Assembly: GCF_009914755.1 (NCBI RefSeq)
Contig: NC_060947.1
Strand: one strand, 5' to 3'
DNA: 64,000 nucleotides
DNA from: the human T2T-CHM13v2.0 reference genome, Homo sapiens
Of this stretch, positions 29,000 to 40,334 are shown piece after piece. A program made the position numbers and the translations under genes. The notes below the pieces were generated by a model. It saw only the letters and a list, made by a program, of their open reading frames with translations. It was not told the DNA's origin and searched no databases. Each line of letters begins with the position of its first letter. Positions within the stretch are counted from its first letter, which is position 1.

Positions 29000-30345
29000 A
29001 TTCTCTCAGAAAGCAACCATTGAGCACTTACTATATGCCAAACAGTGTGCTAGGATAGAGATAAGTTACACACTGTCTCTTCAAGAGCAGTATAATCTAG
29101 TGGGCAACACAGGTGAAGAGATAATTATAATAGGGTGTGATAATGAGATATGATATGGAATGTGATGGGATGCTATGAGATCACAGAAGGGTACCACCTC
29201 ACTCAGTCTGGAAAGACTTCTGGGGTTAAGTAATAAAAGGTTAGCCAGACAAAATAATAAGTAGGGAAGACCCAATTCAAGAAGGCAACACAAACAGTTA
29301 CACAAACAAAACAGTGTCTGTGGGGTACTTCAAAGAGATCAGTGTTGCTAGAGCATAAAGAGCAATCCAAGGGGTGGCAAAAAACAAGGCTTCTGAAATA
29401 AGTAGGGACAGAATCATATAAGGCCTTGTGGGCCCTGAAAGGAATTTGAGATTTATTTTAAAGGCAATGGGCAGGTGTATTAGTCTGTTTTCACACTGCT
29501 ATAAAGAACTACCTAAGACTGGGTAATTTATAAAGAAAAGAGGTTTGACTTACAGTTCTGTAAGGCTGGGGAGGCCTCAGGAAATTTACAAACATGGCAG
29601 AAGGGGAAGCAAGGCACGTCTTACATGGAAGCAGGAGAGAGAGAGCAAGGGGAGAAGTGCCAAACTTTTAAACCATCAGATCTCATGAGAACTCACTCGC
29701 TATCATGAGAACAGCATGGGGGAAATCCACCCTCATGATCCAATCTCCTTCCACCAAGTCCCTCCCCTGACACATGAGGATTACAATTCAACAATTGTGG
29801 GTTGGGGACACAGAGCCAAATCATATCAGTAGCCATTGTAGGGCCTTAAGCACCTCGAGTACCATAATCAGATTTATATTTTAAAATTATTTTGGCAGTG
29901 TGGAGGATGAAGTGGAAGGGGCCCAGATTGGAGACAGGGACATCAGGAAGCAGTTGTTTGGATATGAAGTAATGAGGGCTTGAATTAAGGCAGTAGAAAC
30001 AAAATTAAGTGGACAGATTTGAAATATATTTAGGAGATAAAAATCAGTAGGACTTGATGATGGATTTGGGTCTAACAGGAAAGGAAAGAAGGTGATTCAA
30101 GGATGACTCCATAGTTTCTAGGTTAGGTCGCTGGTAAGTAGTGGTGCCACCAAGTAAAACTGAAACTCAGGAGTAGAATGATGTTGAAGGGGTAATATGG
30201 TAAGTTCCACCTTGGTCATGTTAGGTTCATGGTACCTGTGATACATCTGAGTGGCAGACAACTTGATATTAATTTGTAACTTGGGCATGAGGATGGGATA
30301 TAGAATCAAGGGTCATCAGAGTACAAATGGTAGCTGAAAGAGAGT
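29000..30345 (-). mobile_element. L2 LINE fragment, split by an LTR
   Basis: ttgagcacttactatatgcca..gtgctagg (rc of the L2 3' end); aaggcaatggg|agccattg is continuous across the LTR. Confidence 0.75.
29476..29828 (-). mobile_element. THE1D/MSTA-like solo LTR (MaLR)
   Basis: TGTATTAGTCTGTTTTCACACTGCTATAAAG ... GAGCCAAATCATATCA termini, ~350 bp. Confidence 0.88.
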
Positions 30346-32259
30346 TGGTGCCTCAAAAGGATATATTACATATTCTTTGGTAATCTGCCAGCTTCAAAAT
30401 TAAGAATCCTTCATGGTTATTCTTTTATTGTCTTTCATTTAGATTAAATCTTCTGTGAAAGTGAAAGTGATAAGTTTTCAGGAAACAACTGAATAGAGTA
30501 AAAAAGACAGCATAACAGATAATAAATAGAAGACTGTTCTAGATAGGAAGGGAATATAGGCAAGAAAAAATAAGTTTAAGATCTTCTGGTAAAGCAGATT
30601 GCAAAGTCAGTCAGCTATTGAAATAGATATACAAAGCTCCAACTAAGCCATCTACATCTTGGTGTTTGTCAAGATACCACTGTTGCTACCAGTGTCTTGG
30701 CATTGCAAGTTGGCACCAGATGGTGGTACCTAGAGGCTCATGACTGGGACTACCAGTGCAGTGGCCTGGGAACTATGTTTGGAAATCCCTGTGCATGACT
30801 TCTCTGCTCTGCCTCCAAATGGAGGAAATTCACTTGGCTGATTTTCAGAAACTCTCTAGGAGGAATGTGAAGCAGGTTTCTAATCTTGCTCTGCTTAGAC
30901 ATAAATTAAGATCTTGTTTGTTCAGAATGACTACTACCCAATCCTGCCAGAAACTCCACTGTGCTCTCTGGGGTGCAAAACCTCTATTTATTAGGTTATA
31001 TTTTTGGCCAGGAGTTCACACTGTGCTTTGTTCTCATTGCTCTGCCACTCCCATGGACTGGCTGCCGAGCAAACCAGACACTGACCCCTGATTCACTCTT
31101 CCATCAATTCTATTCATATCTCTTCATTGTCTTTGCAAGATGTGACCAAGCACCTCAAAGCAAATGCTGAGAGCCTTTTGTATTACTCCAGAGTGACAAG
31201 CTCCTCCCAGGCCCTGGAGACACAGAGGCAATCCAGCTGCAATGCTTATCCTCCTGGCCCCACCCAACAATGGTACTACAGTTGAAGATACAGAGCTCTG
31301 AAATTCTAGCTCTCTTAGAATTCTTTAAGTATCAGCAAGGCTGGCCCGGTTTAAAAGAAGTGCATGCAACTGCCTACCAGGAATTTTGAGCAGAACCAAA
31401 AGGCCTCTCTATCCTAAAACATATTCACTCACTCATCTACACTCCTTTTGGTTAAGGAAAATGTGCCTGCAAAAATGCCCCAGAGGCAAATTTATATATG
31501 GGAAAGGGCCTACAAGTAGGCATTAAGTTACCTAGCTTCTAGCCCCAACTAATATGCATGATATTGGGAAAGTCCCTTCCCATTTCTGGGTTTCAGTTTC
31601 CTCAATATACTATAGAAGGAGGGAAATAGATAAGTTCATCTCAAAGGCCCCTTATGACTAAAACATTCTACATTATTATGACCCAAGTACAAGCTCAAAT
31701 GTTACTTTGCAGGACTACAAGTATTCATTTATTCATTTGTTAGAATTGACCAGACATGTCCCTGGAAAAGTAGAAATCCAGAGACATGGATTGATTACAA
31801 AGATATCCCAGAGGCATAGAAACTCTTCATGGAAACAAATCCTCACAGGACAATCAGAGATTAGAGAGCTACTGTTCTCCTTTCTGCCATGACTGTCTTA
31901 TCTCCACCCCAAAACTGACCATGTCAGCTGGAGAAGGTAAAAGCTAGCTAGAAGGTAGAGAAGCACATATGGGAAGATGAACAGACCTTCCAAGTTGGAG
32001 AAACAAGACCAAATCCTAGAATAGCTGTTTTCTAAAGAGGTCCAGTTTGAGGACTCATATACAGTAGCCCCAGAGTACCATACCATGGGTGAGCAGAAGC
32101 TGACCTTCTCCAAAGGTAGTTGAGGTATGTGTCAGGAGGTCTAGGAAGTCAACCATTAGGCAGTCTTTTTTCTCAGAGAGAAGGTAAAGGCTATATCCTG
32201 AAATCCCAGATACTGTAACCTGGTTTCCTCAGGATAACCCAGGGAAGGGTCCTATAAAA

Positions 32260-32730
32260 AATAATATTACCTAATATTTATTAGCACTTAATATGTGTCA
32301 GGTAATATTCTAAGGGCTTCAGGTAAATTGAAACAATTAATCTTTATTAAAATCCTATAAGGCAAGTACTGTTACTATTCCCATTTTACAGTTGAAGGTA
32401 GTGAAGCATAGAGTGGTTAGTTTGTTTAAGGTCACTCAGTCAGGAAAGGGTAAGTCCAAGACATAAACCCAGGCAGCCTGGCTCCAGACTTCATGATCTT
32501 AACCCAACTAAAGGAGGGTAAGTATCCTCCCAAGTGTTACAAATTAGAGCTGGGAAGATCCTTAGGGACCATCAAGGGCCATCTCTTCATTTTATACATG
32601 AGGGAACTGAAACTCTGAGAGAGAAAATAATCTGCCAAAGGCTATACAGCAAACAAGTAAGAGCATAATAGAGCCAGAACCAGAGCCTCAGTCTGCTGAC
32701 TCCCAATCCAGTGCTCTTTCCACTATTGCT
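32260..32730. mobile_element. Two adjacent MIR SINE fragments
   Basis: tttattagcacttaatatgtgtcagg..cccattttacagttgaagg; cattttatacatgagggaactgaaactctgagag. Confidence 0.65.
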
Positions 32731-34319
32731 TCTGATCGTTTGTTGAGTCTCTTCCTTAAATTGCCTTCCCATCACCTCACTCTGCTGACTTTGCCAGTTT
32801 GATCACTCCCAAACTCCGTCCAACAAGATTGCAGAAGAGCAGCCATCTGAGGTACAGGTCATTATCCTCACTTTCCAAAATATAAATGAGTCTAGAACTG
32901 GCTACAATCAAGCATTTTCCAAATGATTAGATCCCTAAATCCCAATATCACCTCTGTGAGGGTTACTGATAGAATGCAAAACCAATATTTTCCATCCATA
33001 AACACATCAACACTCAACCATGCCAAGGCCTCGACCTTCTGAGATGAGTGTTCAATGATGTATGAGGTCCGCCTCCTGCTCAGACAGATCTGTGGACTCA
33101 AATCTGAACTTTTTAAGGGTCATTTGGGGAAACCAATACCGAGCCCACATGGAAAAATTCTGCCTGATTCATTGAGAAATGATGAGTAGAGCCTATGAAA
33201 GTGGAAACTAGGGCTGGACAGTGGGCTCTGGAGGGAGTGAACCTAGCCTGGTTTATAATGCCACCAATGTGTGCTGGCCAGTGGCAAGGAAACAGACATC
33301 CCAGGTCCTACAAAGGCCCAGGCTACTTTTCTGTCGGTATTTATGGCTCACTGCCTCAAGATGTTGGATTTCACAAAGCCATCCTCCTGACTCCACATCC
33401 TACTCCACCCTTCCAGAGGGTGTGGGAAACAAAAGGCTCAAGTATAGATGGGAAGTTTTAATGGCCTCTTGTGGGGCTGAGCCTTTAACCCACATGAGGA
33501 ACCCTGGCCATTTTCCCAATTCCTTTATGGGCCTCTGAGCTGGGCACACACCCCTGAGCATAGTGAGGCAGGGCAGACCTATCTCTCCCTGAGGATGGGA
33601 GCTGTGAATCCAAGGACCTTAGGCAGGAGGTTGGAAAAAGAGAAAAATCTTTCCTAGGCAATATAAAGAGAGTGGTCTCAAAAGGCTAGCTGATGTCTCA
33701 GGGCAGTATCAGCCACGCTTTCTATCTTGTTTGGACTTTCTACAGCATAGGCTTGGCACAAAACCTTTTTACAATGAAAGAGGAGCAAATGGTTGATTCT
33801 GAAGCCACTGTGTGGTAAAATACAAATAATAGTCACCACATTCACTCACTTCTTTATTTATCCACACAACAGTTATTGTGTACCTACTATGTGCAAAATT
33901 TCATAGAGAGTAGAAATATACAAAGCAGGAGGTTCATTTTGCAAAAACTCACATCCATAAAAGGACATGACGTTTACACATAACCAATGTCACTCAGCTG
34001 TAGATGGAAAAGGTCTTTAAATTATATAAATGAGAGAATCACAGTGTCCCAATCTGAAGGAACTTAAGAAAGAACCATCTCATCCAACCTCTTCATTGTA
34101 CAAGTAAAGACACAAACCTAGAGAGAGATAAAGCATTCTCAATAGTTACACAGCCATGTAATAACAAAGCTGACCTTTCTACTAATCACTAAAGGGCTTA
34201 AAAATTAGTGGTTTGATATGAAATGTCAAGAAAAAACTTCATAGGGTGTTGTGTGAGTATTTAAAGAACAGGTAAGACATTACCCAAAAGTATATTATGA
34301 AAAATGTCAAACATACAGC

Positions 34320-35664
34320 CAGAGACAGCTACATAATTTGTGGGGCCTAGTGCAAAATGAAAATGTGGGACCTCTCTTTGAAAAAGCAGGGAGAAAGTAC
34401 TGTTAACGTAAAAAGTGTTTTCATTCGTTGGTGCATTCACATGCTCTGTCTCTCTTACATATATATCTTTCTCTTTCTCTCTCTCACCATGGTATCTTCT
34501 ACTTGCTATTTAATGTTGTTCTATATAAGGAATAATTAAAAATTGAAATTATTAGTATGAACTTTACTGTTCATTTTTATATTATGCAATGTTGGATTTA
34601 ACTGCAAATATAAGAACATTTAGGCCAGGCACAGTGGCTTATACCTGTAATCTCAACACTTTGAGAGACCAAGGCAGGAGGATCACTTGAGCCCAGGGGT
34701 TTGAGACCAGACTGGGCAACATTAAAAGACCCTGTCTCTACAAAATATATATAAATAAAAATCAGCCAAGTGTGGTGGTGCACACCTCTGGACCCAGCTA
34801 CTCAGGAGGCTTAGGTAGAAGAATCACTTTTGCCTCAGAGGTCAAGGCTGCAGTGAGCCATGATTGCACCACTGCACTCCAGCCTGGGAGATAGAGCAAG
34901 ATCCTATCTCAAAAAGGATTTAACTCATATTCACAGTCACCAAAATTACACAATTTGTATTTCATAGCTTATACATGCATATGTATTTTCTGCTTACCAG
35001 AAGAGTGGAAATGCTGCACAAAGCTAATTCAAGTATTTTCTATTTCACTTTTTGATATGTCCACATTCTACCAACAGTCTTTACTTTCAGTTCACTGATG
35101 AAAGGACTGAAAGGAGTAACTACTACGGGTTGCCCTATCTTTCCCTTTCCTTTTAAATCATCATATTTAGCAATAGTAGTTGGCTAATATAGGGAAGTAG
35201 CATGAGTAAAATAGAATACGATAGAGTTCCTTGGTCATTCGTGTTTCTTAGAACATAATTGCTTTTTTTGCATTCAAAGGAAGTTCTGATTTAAAAGGAA
35301 AGTATAGCCTCTTAAGGTTGTCAGTACTCCCACTTGGTTTTACACATAAATCACTTACCTTGCACTCAGTTTGAGCCTTGCTGAACTCCCACACATTGTA
35401 GGTGTACTGGAATTCCTCACTCATGGAGCATTACAAACACTATATATACCTGGGGTGGCAAGGAATAGTAGATACATATTATGTGTATCTACTCTGCTTA
35501 TGTGCATACTCCATTGTCCTATTGGATTTTTAACACAAGTTCAAAGATGAAATTATTAAGAACTTCGAAAACATGACAACAGAGCATTAAACCAAGCACA
35601 ATGCCCTTCTGTGCATGGGGCCCTGCATGACTCCACAGGTCACAAACCCTTGAAGATTATCCTG
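34320..35664 (-). mobile_element. MER45B-like hAT element with both ends and an 8-bp TSD
   Basis: Ends cagagacagctacataatttgtggggcc and ...cttgaagattatcctg. TSD CATACAGC (34312-34319) / CATATAGC (35665-35672). Confidence 0.8.
34623..34915 (+). mobile_element. AluJ
   Basis: ggccaggcacagtggct..., ggaggatcacttgagcccagg, gaggtcaaggctgcagtgagccatgatt (J diagnostics). Confidence 0.9.
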
Positions 35665-35721
35665 CATATAGCAAAATATAAAGAATTATATAGTGAACAC
35701 CAGTATACCCACCACCTAGAT

Positions 35722-36022
35722 AATTTTTTTATCTTTCTGAGACGGAGTCTCACTGTGTCACCCAGGCTGGAGTGCAGTGGCATGATCTTGGCTTACTGCA
35801 ACCTCTGCCTCCTGGGTTCAAGCAAGTCTCCCTGCCTCAGCCTCCTGAGCAGCTGGGATTACAGGTGCCTGCCACCATGCCCAGCTAATTTTTGTATTTT
35901 TTACTAGAGACGGGGTTTTGCCATGTTGGCCAGGCTGGTCTGGAGCTCCTGCCCTCAGGTGATCTGCCCACCTCTAACTACAAAAGTGCTGGGATTACAG
36001 ATATAAGCTACTGTGCCCGGCC
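35722..36022 (-). mobile_element. AluS (Sx-like) with TSD
   Basis: Full dimer. TACCCACCA(C/T)CTAGAT at 35706-35721 and 36023-36038. Confidence 0.9.
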
Positions 36023-36545
36023 TACCCACCATCTAGATTCTACTACATTTGCTTCATCATATATCTATCCATTTCTCTATCCATTCTTTAAGCTATTTTA
36101 TTTTCTGTTGCACTTCAAAGAAAGTAACAGACATTAGTACACTTCACCAACAAACACTTCTCCATGCATATCATTAACTAAAATTTAATGTACATGTACA
36201 GTTTTTTTTAGGTAAATGTACATACATTTATATCACAAACATTAAGGGAACATTTGCTAAACTCTGACAAATGCATTTACCTATGTAGCCCAAACACCTA
36301 TCAAAACATAGAATCTTATCATCATCACAGAAATCTCCCCTTTCCAGTCAGTCCTGACTGGTCCATCACCCTCAGAGGCAACCACAAAAACAGATAGCAA
36401 TTTGATCAGTGAAGATTATGACAGAGTCAAAGGGAAAGAAAAAAAACGGCTTTTGAGGCTAGCAGATGGAAAAGCTTGTTGGAAGTAAACATTTTGTACA
36501 ATAATGTTAGGAGGTAACATTTGTTGAACAGTGTTTCTCAGGCAC

Positions 36546-38966
36546 TGATATGATTTGGATCTGCATCCCTACCAAATCTCATGTCAAGTTGTAATCCCCA
36601 ATATTGGAGGTGGGGACTGGGGATTGGATCATTGGGGATGGTTTCTCATGAATGGTTTAGCACTATCTCCCTTGGTACAGTCCTGGTGATATCTGGTCAT
36701 TTAAAAGTGTGTAACACCTCCCCCCTCCATCTTATTCGTTCCTAGTCCAGTCATGTGACATGCATTCACACCCTTTACCTTCCACCATAATAGTAAATTT
36801 CTGATGCCTCCCCAGAAGCCAAGCAGATGCTAGCATCATGCTTCCTGTACAGTCTGCAGAACCATGAACCAATTAAACCTCTTTTCTCTATAAATTACCC
36901 AGTCTCACGTATTTCTTTATAGCAGTGTAACAACAGACTAATACAGAAAATTGGTATGAAGGAGTAGGACATTGCTATAAAGATACCTGAAAATGTGGAA
37001 GCAACTTTGGAACTAGGTAACAAGCAGAGTTTGGAAGAGAATAGAGGGCTCAGAAGAAAACAGAAAGATGAGGAAAAGTTTGGAACTTCCTACAGACTAG
37101 TTGAATAGTTGTTACCAAAATGCTGATAGTGATATGGACAGAGAAGGCCAGGCTAAAAATAAAAAGGACTCAGATGAACATGAGGAATGTATTATGATCT
37201 GGAGCAAGGGTCACTTTTGTTATGTCTTAGCAAATTACTTGACTGAATTGTGCCTCTGCCCTAGGGATCTGTAGAACTTAGAACTTGAGAGTGATGATTT
37301 AGGGTATCTGGAGGACGAAATTTCTAAGCAACAAAAAATTCAAGAAGTGGCCTGGCTGCTTCTCACAGCCTATCTCATATGTATGAGCAAAGAAATGACC
37401 TAAAGTCAAATATACAGTTAAAGGGGAAGTAGAGCATAAAAACTTGGAAAATTTGCAGCCTAGCCATGTAGTAGAAAATAAAAGCCCATTTTCAGGGGAG
37501 GAATTCAAGCAGGCTCCAGAAATTTGTATAAGTAAATAAGAGCCACGTGCCAATAGACAATACAATGGGGAAAAGGCCTCAAAGGCATTTAAGAGACCAT
37601 TGTGGCAGTCCTTCCCATCACAGGCCCAGAGGCCTAGGACAATTGAATGGTTTCTTAGGCCAGGCCGAGAGCCTGTCTCAAGACACTGCTCCCTGTATCC
37701 CAGCTGCTCCAACTCTAGTTGTGGCTCAAAGGGAGCCAGATACAGCTCATGCCACTGCTCCAGAGGGTGCAAGTTATAAGCCTTGGTAGTTTTCACGTGG
37801 TGTTAATCCTGCAGGTACATGGAATGCAAGAGTGGAGGCTTGGAATCCTCCACCTAGGTTTCAGAGGATGTATGAAAAATCCCTATTGTCCAGGCAGAAG
37901 GCTGCTACAGGGGCAGAGCCATTATGCAGAACCTCTACTAGGGAAGTGCAGAGGGGTTGAAGCCCCCACACAGAGTTCCCACTGGGACACTGCATAGTGA
38001 AGCTATGAGAAGAGGGCCGCCATCCTCCAGACTCCAAAACAGTAGATCCACTGACAACTTCCACTCTGCTCCTGGAAAAGCCACAGGCACTCAATTCCAG
38101 CTCATGAGAGTAATGGTGGGGGTTGAATCCTGCAAAGCCTCAAGATCTTGGGAGCCCACCCCTGCCAACAGTGTGCTCTGGATGTGTGACAAGGTGTCAA
38201 AGGATATTGTTTTGGAGTGTTAAGATTTAATGACTGCCCTGTTGGGTTTCAGCCTTGCATAGGGCCTGTAGCCTCATTCTTTTGGTGGATTTCTCCATTT
38301 TGGAATGGAAGTATTTACCCAATACCTGTAACCCCATTGTATCTTGGAAGTAACTAACTGTTTTTTTTTTGCTTGTTTTGTTTTGTTTTTCATGCTCATA
38401 GTTGGAAGGGACTAGCCTTGTCTCAGATGAGACTTTGGACTTTGAACTTTTGAGTTAATGCTGAAATAAGTTAAGATTTTGGGGGACTGTTGAGAAGGGA
38501 TAATTGTATTTTGCAATATGAGAAGGACACAAGATTTGAGTGGGGCAGTGGTGAAATAATATAGTTTGAATCTGTGTCCTCAGCAAATTTCATGTCAAGT
38601 TGTAGGCTCCAATATCAGAGATGAAACCTGGTGGGACATAATTGGATCACAGGGGTGAGTTTCTCATGAATGGTTTAGCATCATCTCTCAGTACTGTACT
38701 CACAACAGTGAGTGAGTTTTTGTGAGATCTGATTATTTAAAAGTGTGTAGCACTTCCACCCTCTCTCTTTCTTGCTCCTACTCTGGCTATGTGATGTGTG
38801 TGCTTCCCTATTACCCTCTGCCATGATTGTAACTGACCCAGAAGCTGAGCAGATGCCAGTATCAGGTTCCTGTACAGTCTGAGTAACCAGGAGCCAATTA
38901 TACCTCTTCTCTTTATAAACTATCCAATTTTAGGTATTGATAGCAGTGTAAGAATGGACTAATACA
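36546..38966 (+). mobile_element. Full-structure MSTA-like MaLR element (LTR 36546-36945, internal region, LTR 38557-38966) inserted in a MIR
   Basis: TGATATG...TAATACA LTR ends, MaLR internal region with decayed ORF, purine tract before the 3' LTR, perfect TSD GGCAC at 36541-36545 and 38967-38971. Confidence 0.92.
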
Positions 38967-39239
38967 GGCACCGTGCTGCTCAAAAAAATTAACTCAATTT
39001 TTTATCTTTATTACAACACTATTAAATAGACACTATTAGTATCACATCTGACAAATGAGAAACTGAGTCACCACAAGGCAGTACCAGGATTTGAATGCAG
39101 GTCGTATGGAAAATGAGAAAGAAACGTGAGCCCTGATCAGTGAGGATCATGAATAACAGAGTAAGGAATTTTGACTCTATCCTTAAGGTCATGGGAAATA
39201 GTCAAAGATTTTTCAAATATAGAACACTGTAAAAAAGCA

Positions 39240-39612
39240 GTATTCTTAAGCCAAAAAAATGAACTTCATTCTAAACTTCATACCTTATACAAAAAATAAA
39301 CTCAAACTGGATCACACACTTAAATGTAAAATATGGAACTATAAAACGTTTAGGAGATAACACTAGAGAAAGTATTCAGGACCTAGAGCTTTACAAAGTG
39401 TTCTTGGACATGACATCAGAAGCATAAGTCATTAAATAAACTGATAAACTATCTCATCAAAATTTAAAACTTCTGTGAATGATCCTATTAAGAAAATGAG
39501 AAGAAAAACGATACACTGGAGAAAATATTTGCAAATCACGGATCTGGCAAAGCACTTGAATATGTAAAGAACATTCAAAACTCAACAGTAAAAAGTAATA
39601 ATAATTCTTTTT
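39240..39612 (+). mobile_element. L1MC/MD-like ORF2 fragment; a related piece resumes at ~46474-46590
   Basis: cataccttatacaaaaaataaactcaaa...; downstream aactaatacatgcaaccacttggatggat. Confidence 0.6.
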
Positions 39613-39614
39613 TT

Positions 39615-40333
39615 TCAATATTAACCTTAAATGTAAATGGGCTAAATGCTCCAATTAAAAGACACAGAATGGCAAATTGGATAAAGAGTCAAGACCCATC
39701 AGTGAGCTATATCCAGGAAACCCATCTCATGTGCAGGTACACATGTAGGATCAAAATAAAGGGATAGAGGAAGATCTATCAAGCAAATGGAAAACAAAAA
39801 AAGACAGGGGTTGCAATCCTAGTCTCTGATAAAACAGACTTTAAACCAACAAAGATCAAAAGAGACAAAGAAGGCCATTATATAATGGTAAAGGGATCAA
39901 TTCAACAAGAAGAGCTAACTGTCCTAAATATATATGCACCCAATACAGGAGCACCCAGATTCATAAAGCAAGTCCTTAGAGACCTACAAAGAGACTTAGA
40001 CTCCCACACAATAATAATGGGAGACTTTAACATCACACTATCAACATTAGACAGATCTACAAGACAGACAGTTAACAAGGATATCTAGGAATTGAACTCA
40101 GCTCTGCACCAAGCAGACCTCATAGACATCTACAGAACTCTCCACCCCAAATCAACAGAATATAAATTCTTTTCAGCACCACACCACACTTATTCCAAAA
40201 TTGACCACATAGTGGGAAGTAAAGCACTCCTCAGCAAATGTAAAAGAACAGAAATTATAACAAACTGTCTCTCAGACCACAATGCAATCAAACTAGAACT
40301 CAGGATTAAGAAACTCACTCAAAATCACTCAAA
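39615..40333 (+). mobile_element. L1PA5/6-like endonuclease-domain-only fragment
   Basis: ORFs MVKGSIQQEELTVLNIYAPNTGAPRFIKQ..MGDFN and YSKIDHIVGSK..SDHNAIKLEL. Confidence 0.9.
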
Positions 40334-40334
40334 T

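Larger units (their letters stand above)
34275..36385 (-). mobile_element. L1ME-like 3' end, antisense; host of MER45B and an AluS
   Basis: tattatgaaaaatgtcaaacatacagc|aaaatataaagaattatatagtgaacacc reads through once the inserts are removed. Confidence 0.6.

Noticed and set aside
30672-30730. Imperfect hairpin TACCAC...GTGGTA as a pre-miRNA
   Set aside because: The stem is too short and interrupted to support a call.
30756-33538. Short ORFs in unique DNA (30756-31091, 32892-33101, 33195-33538) as exons
   Set aside because: No recognisable domain, several lack a true ATG, there is no convincing splice-site chain, and the lengths are within chance expectation.
37299-38223. ORFs in the MaLR internal region
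   Set aside because: Fragmented remnants or antisense frames of the MST internal sequence.
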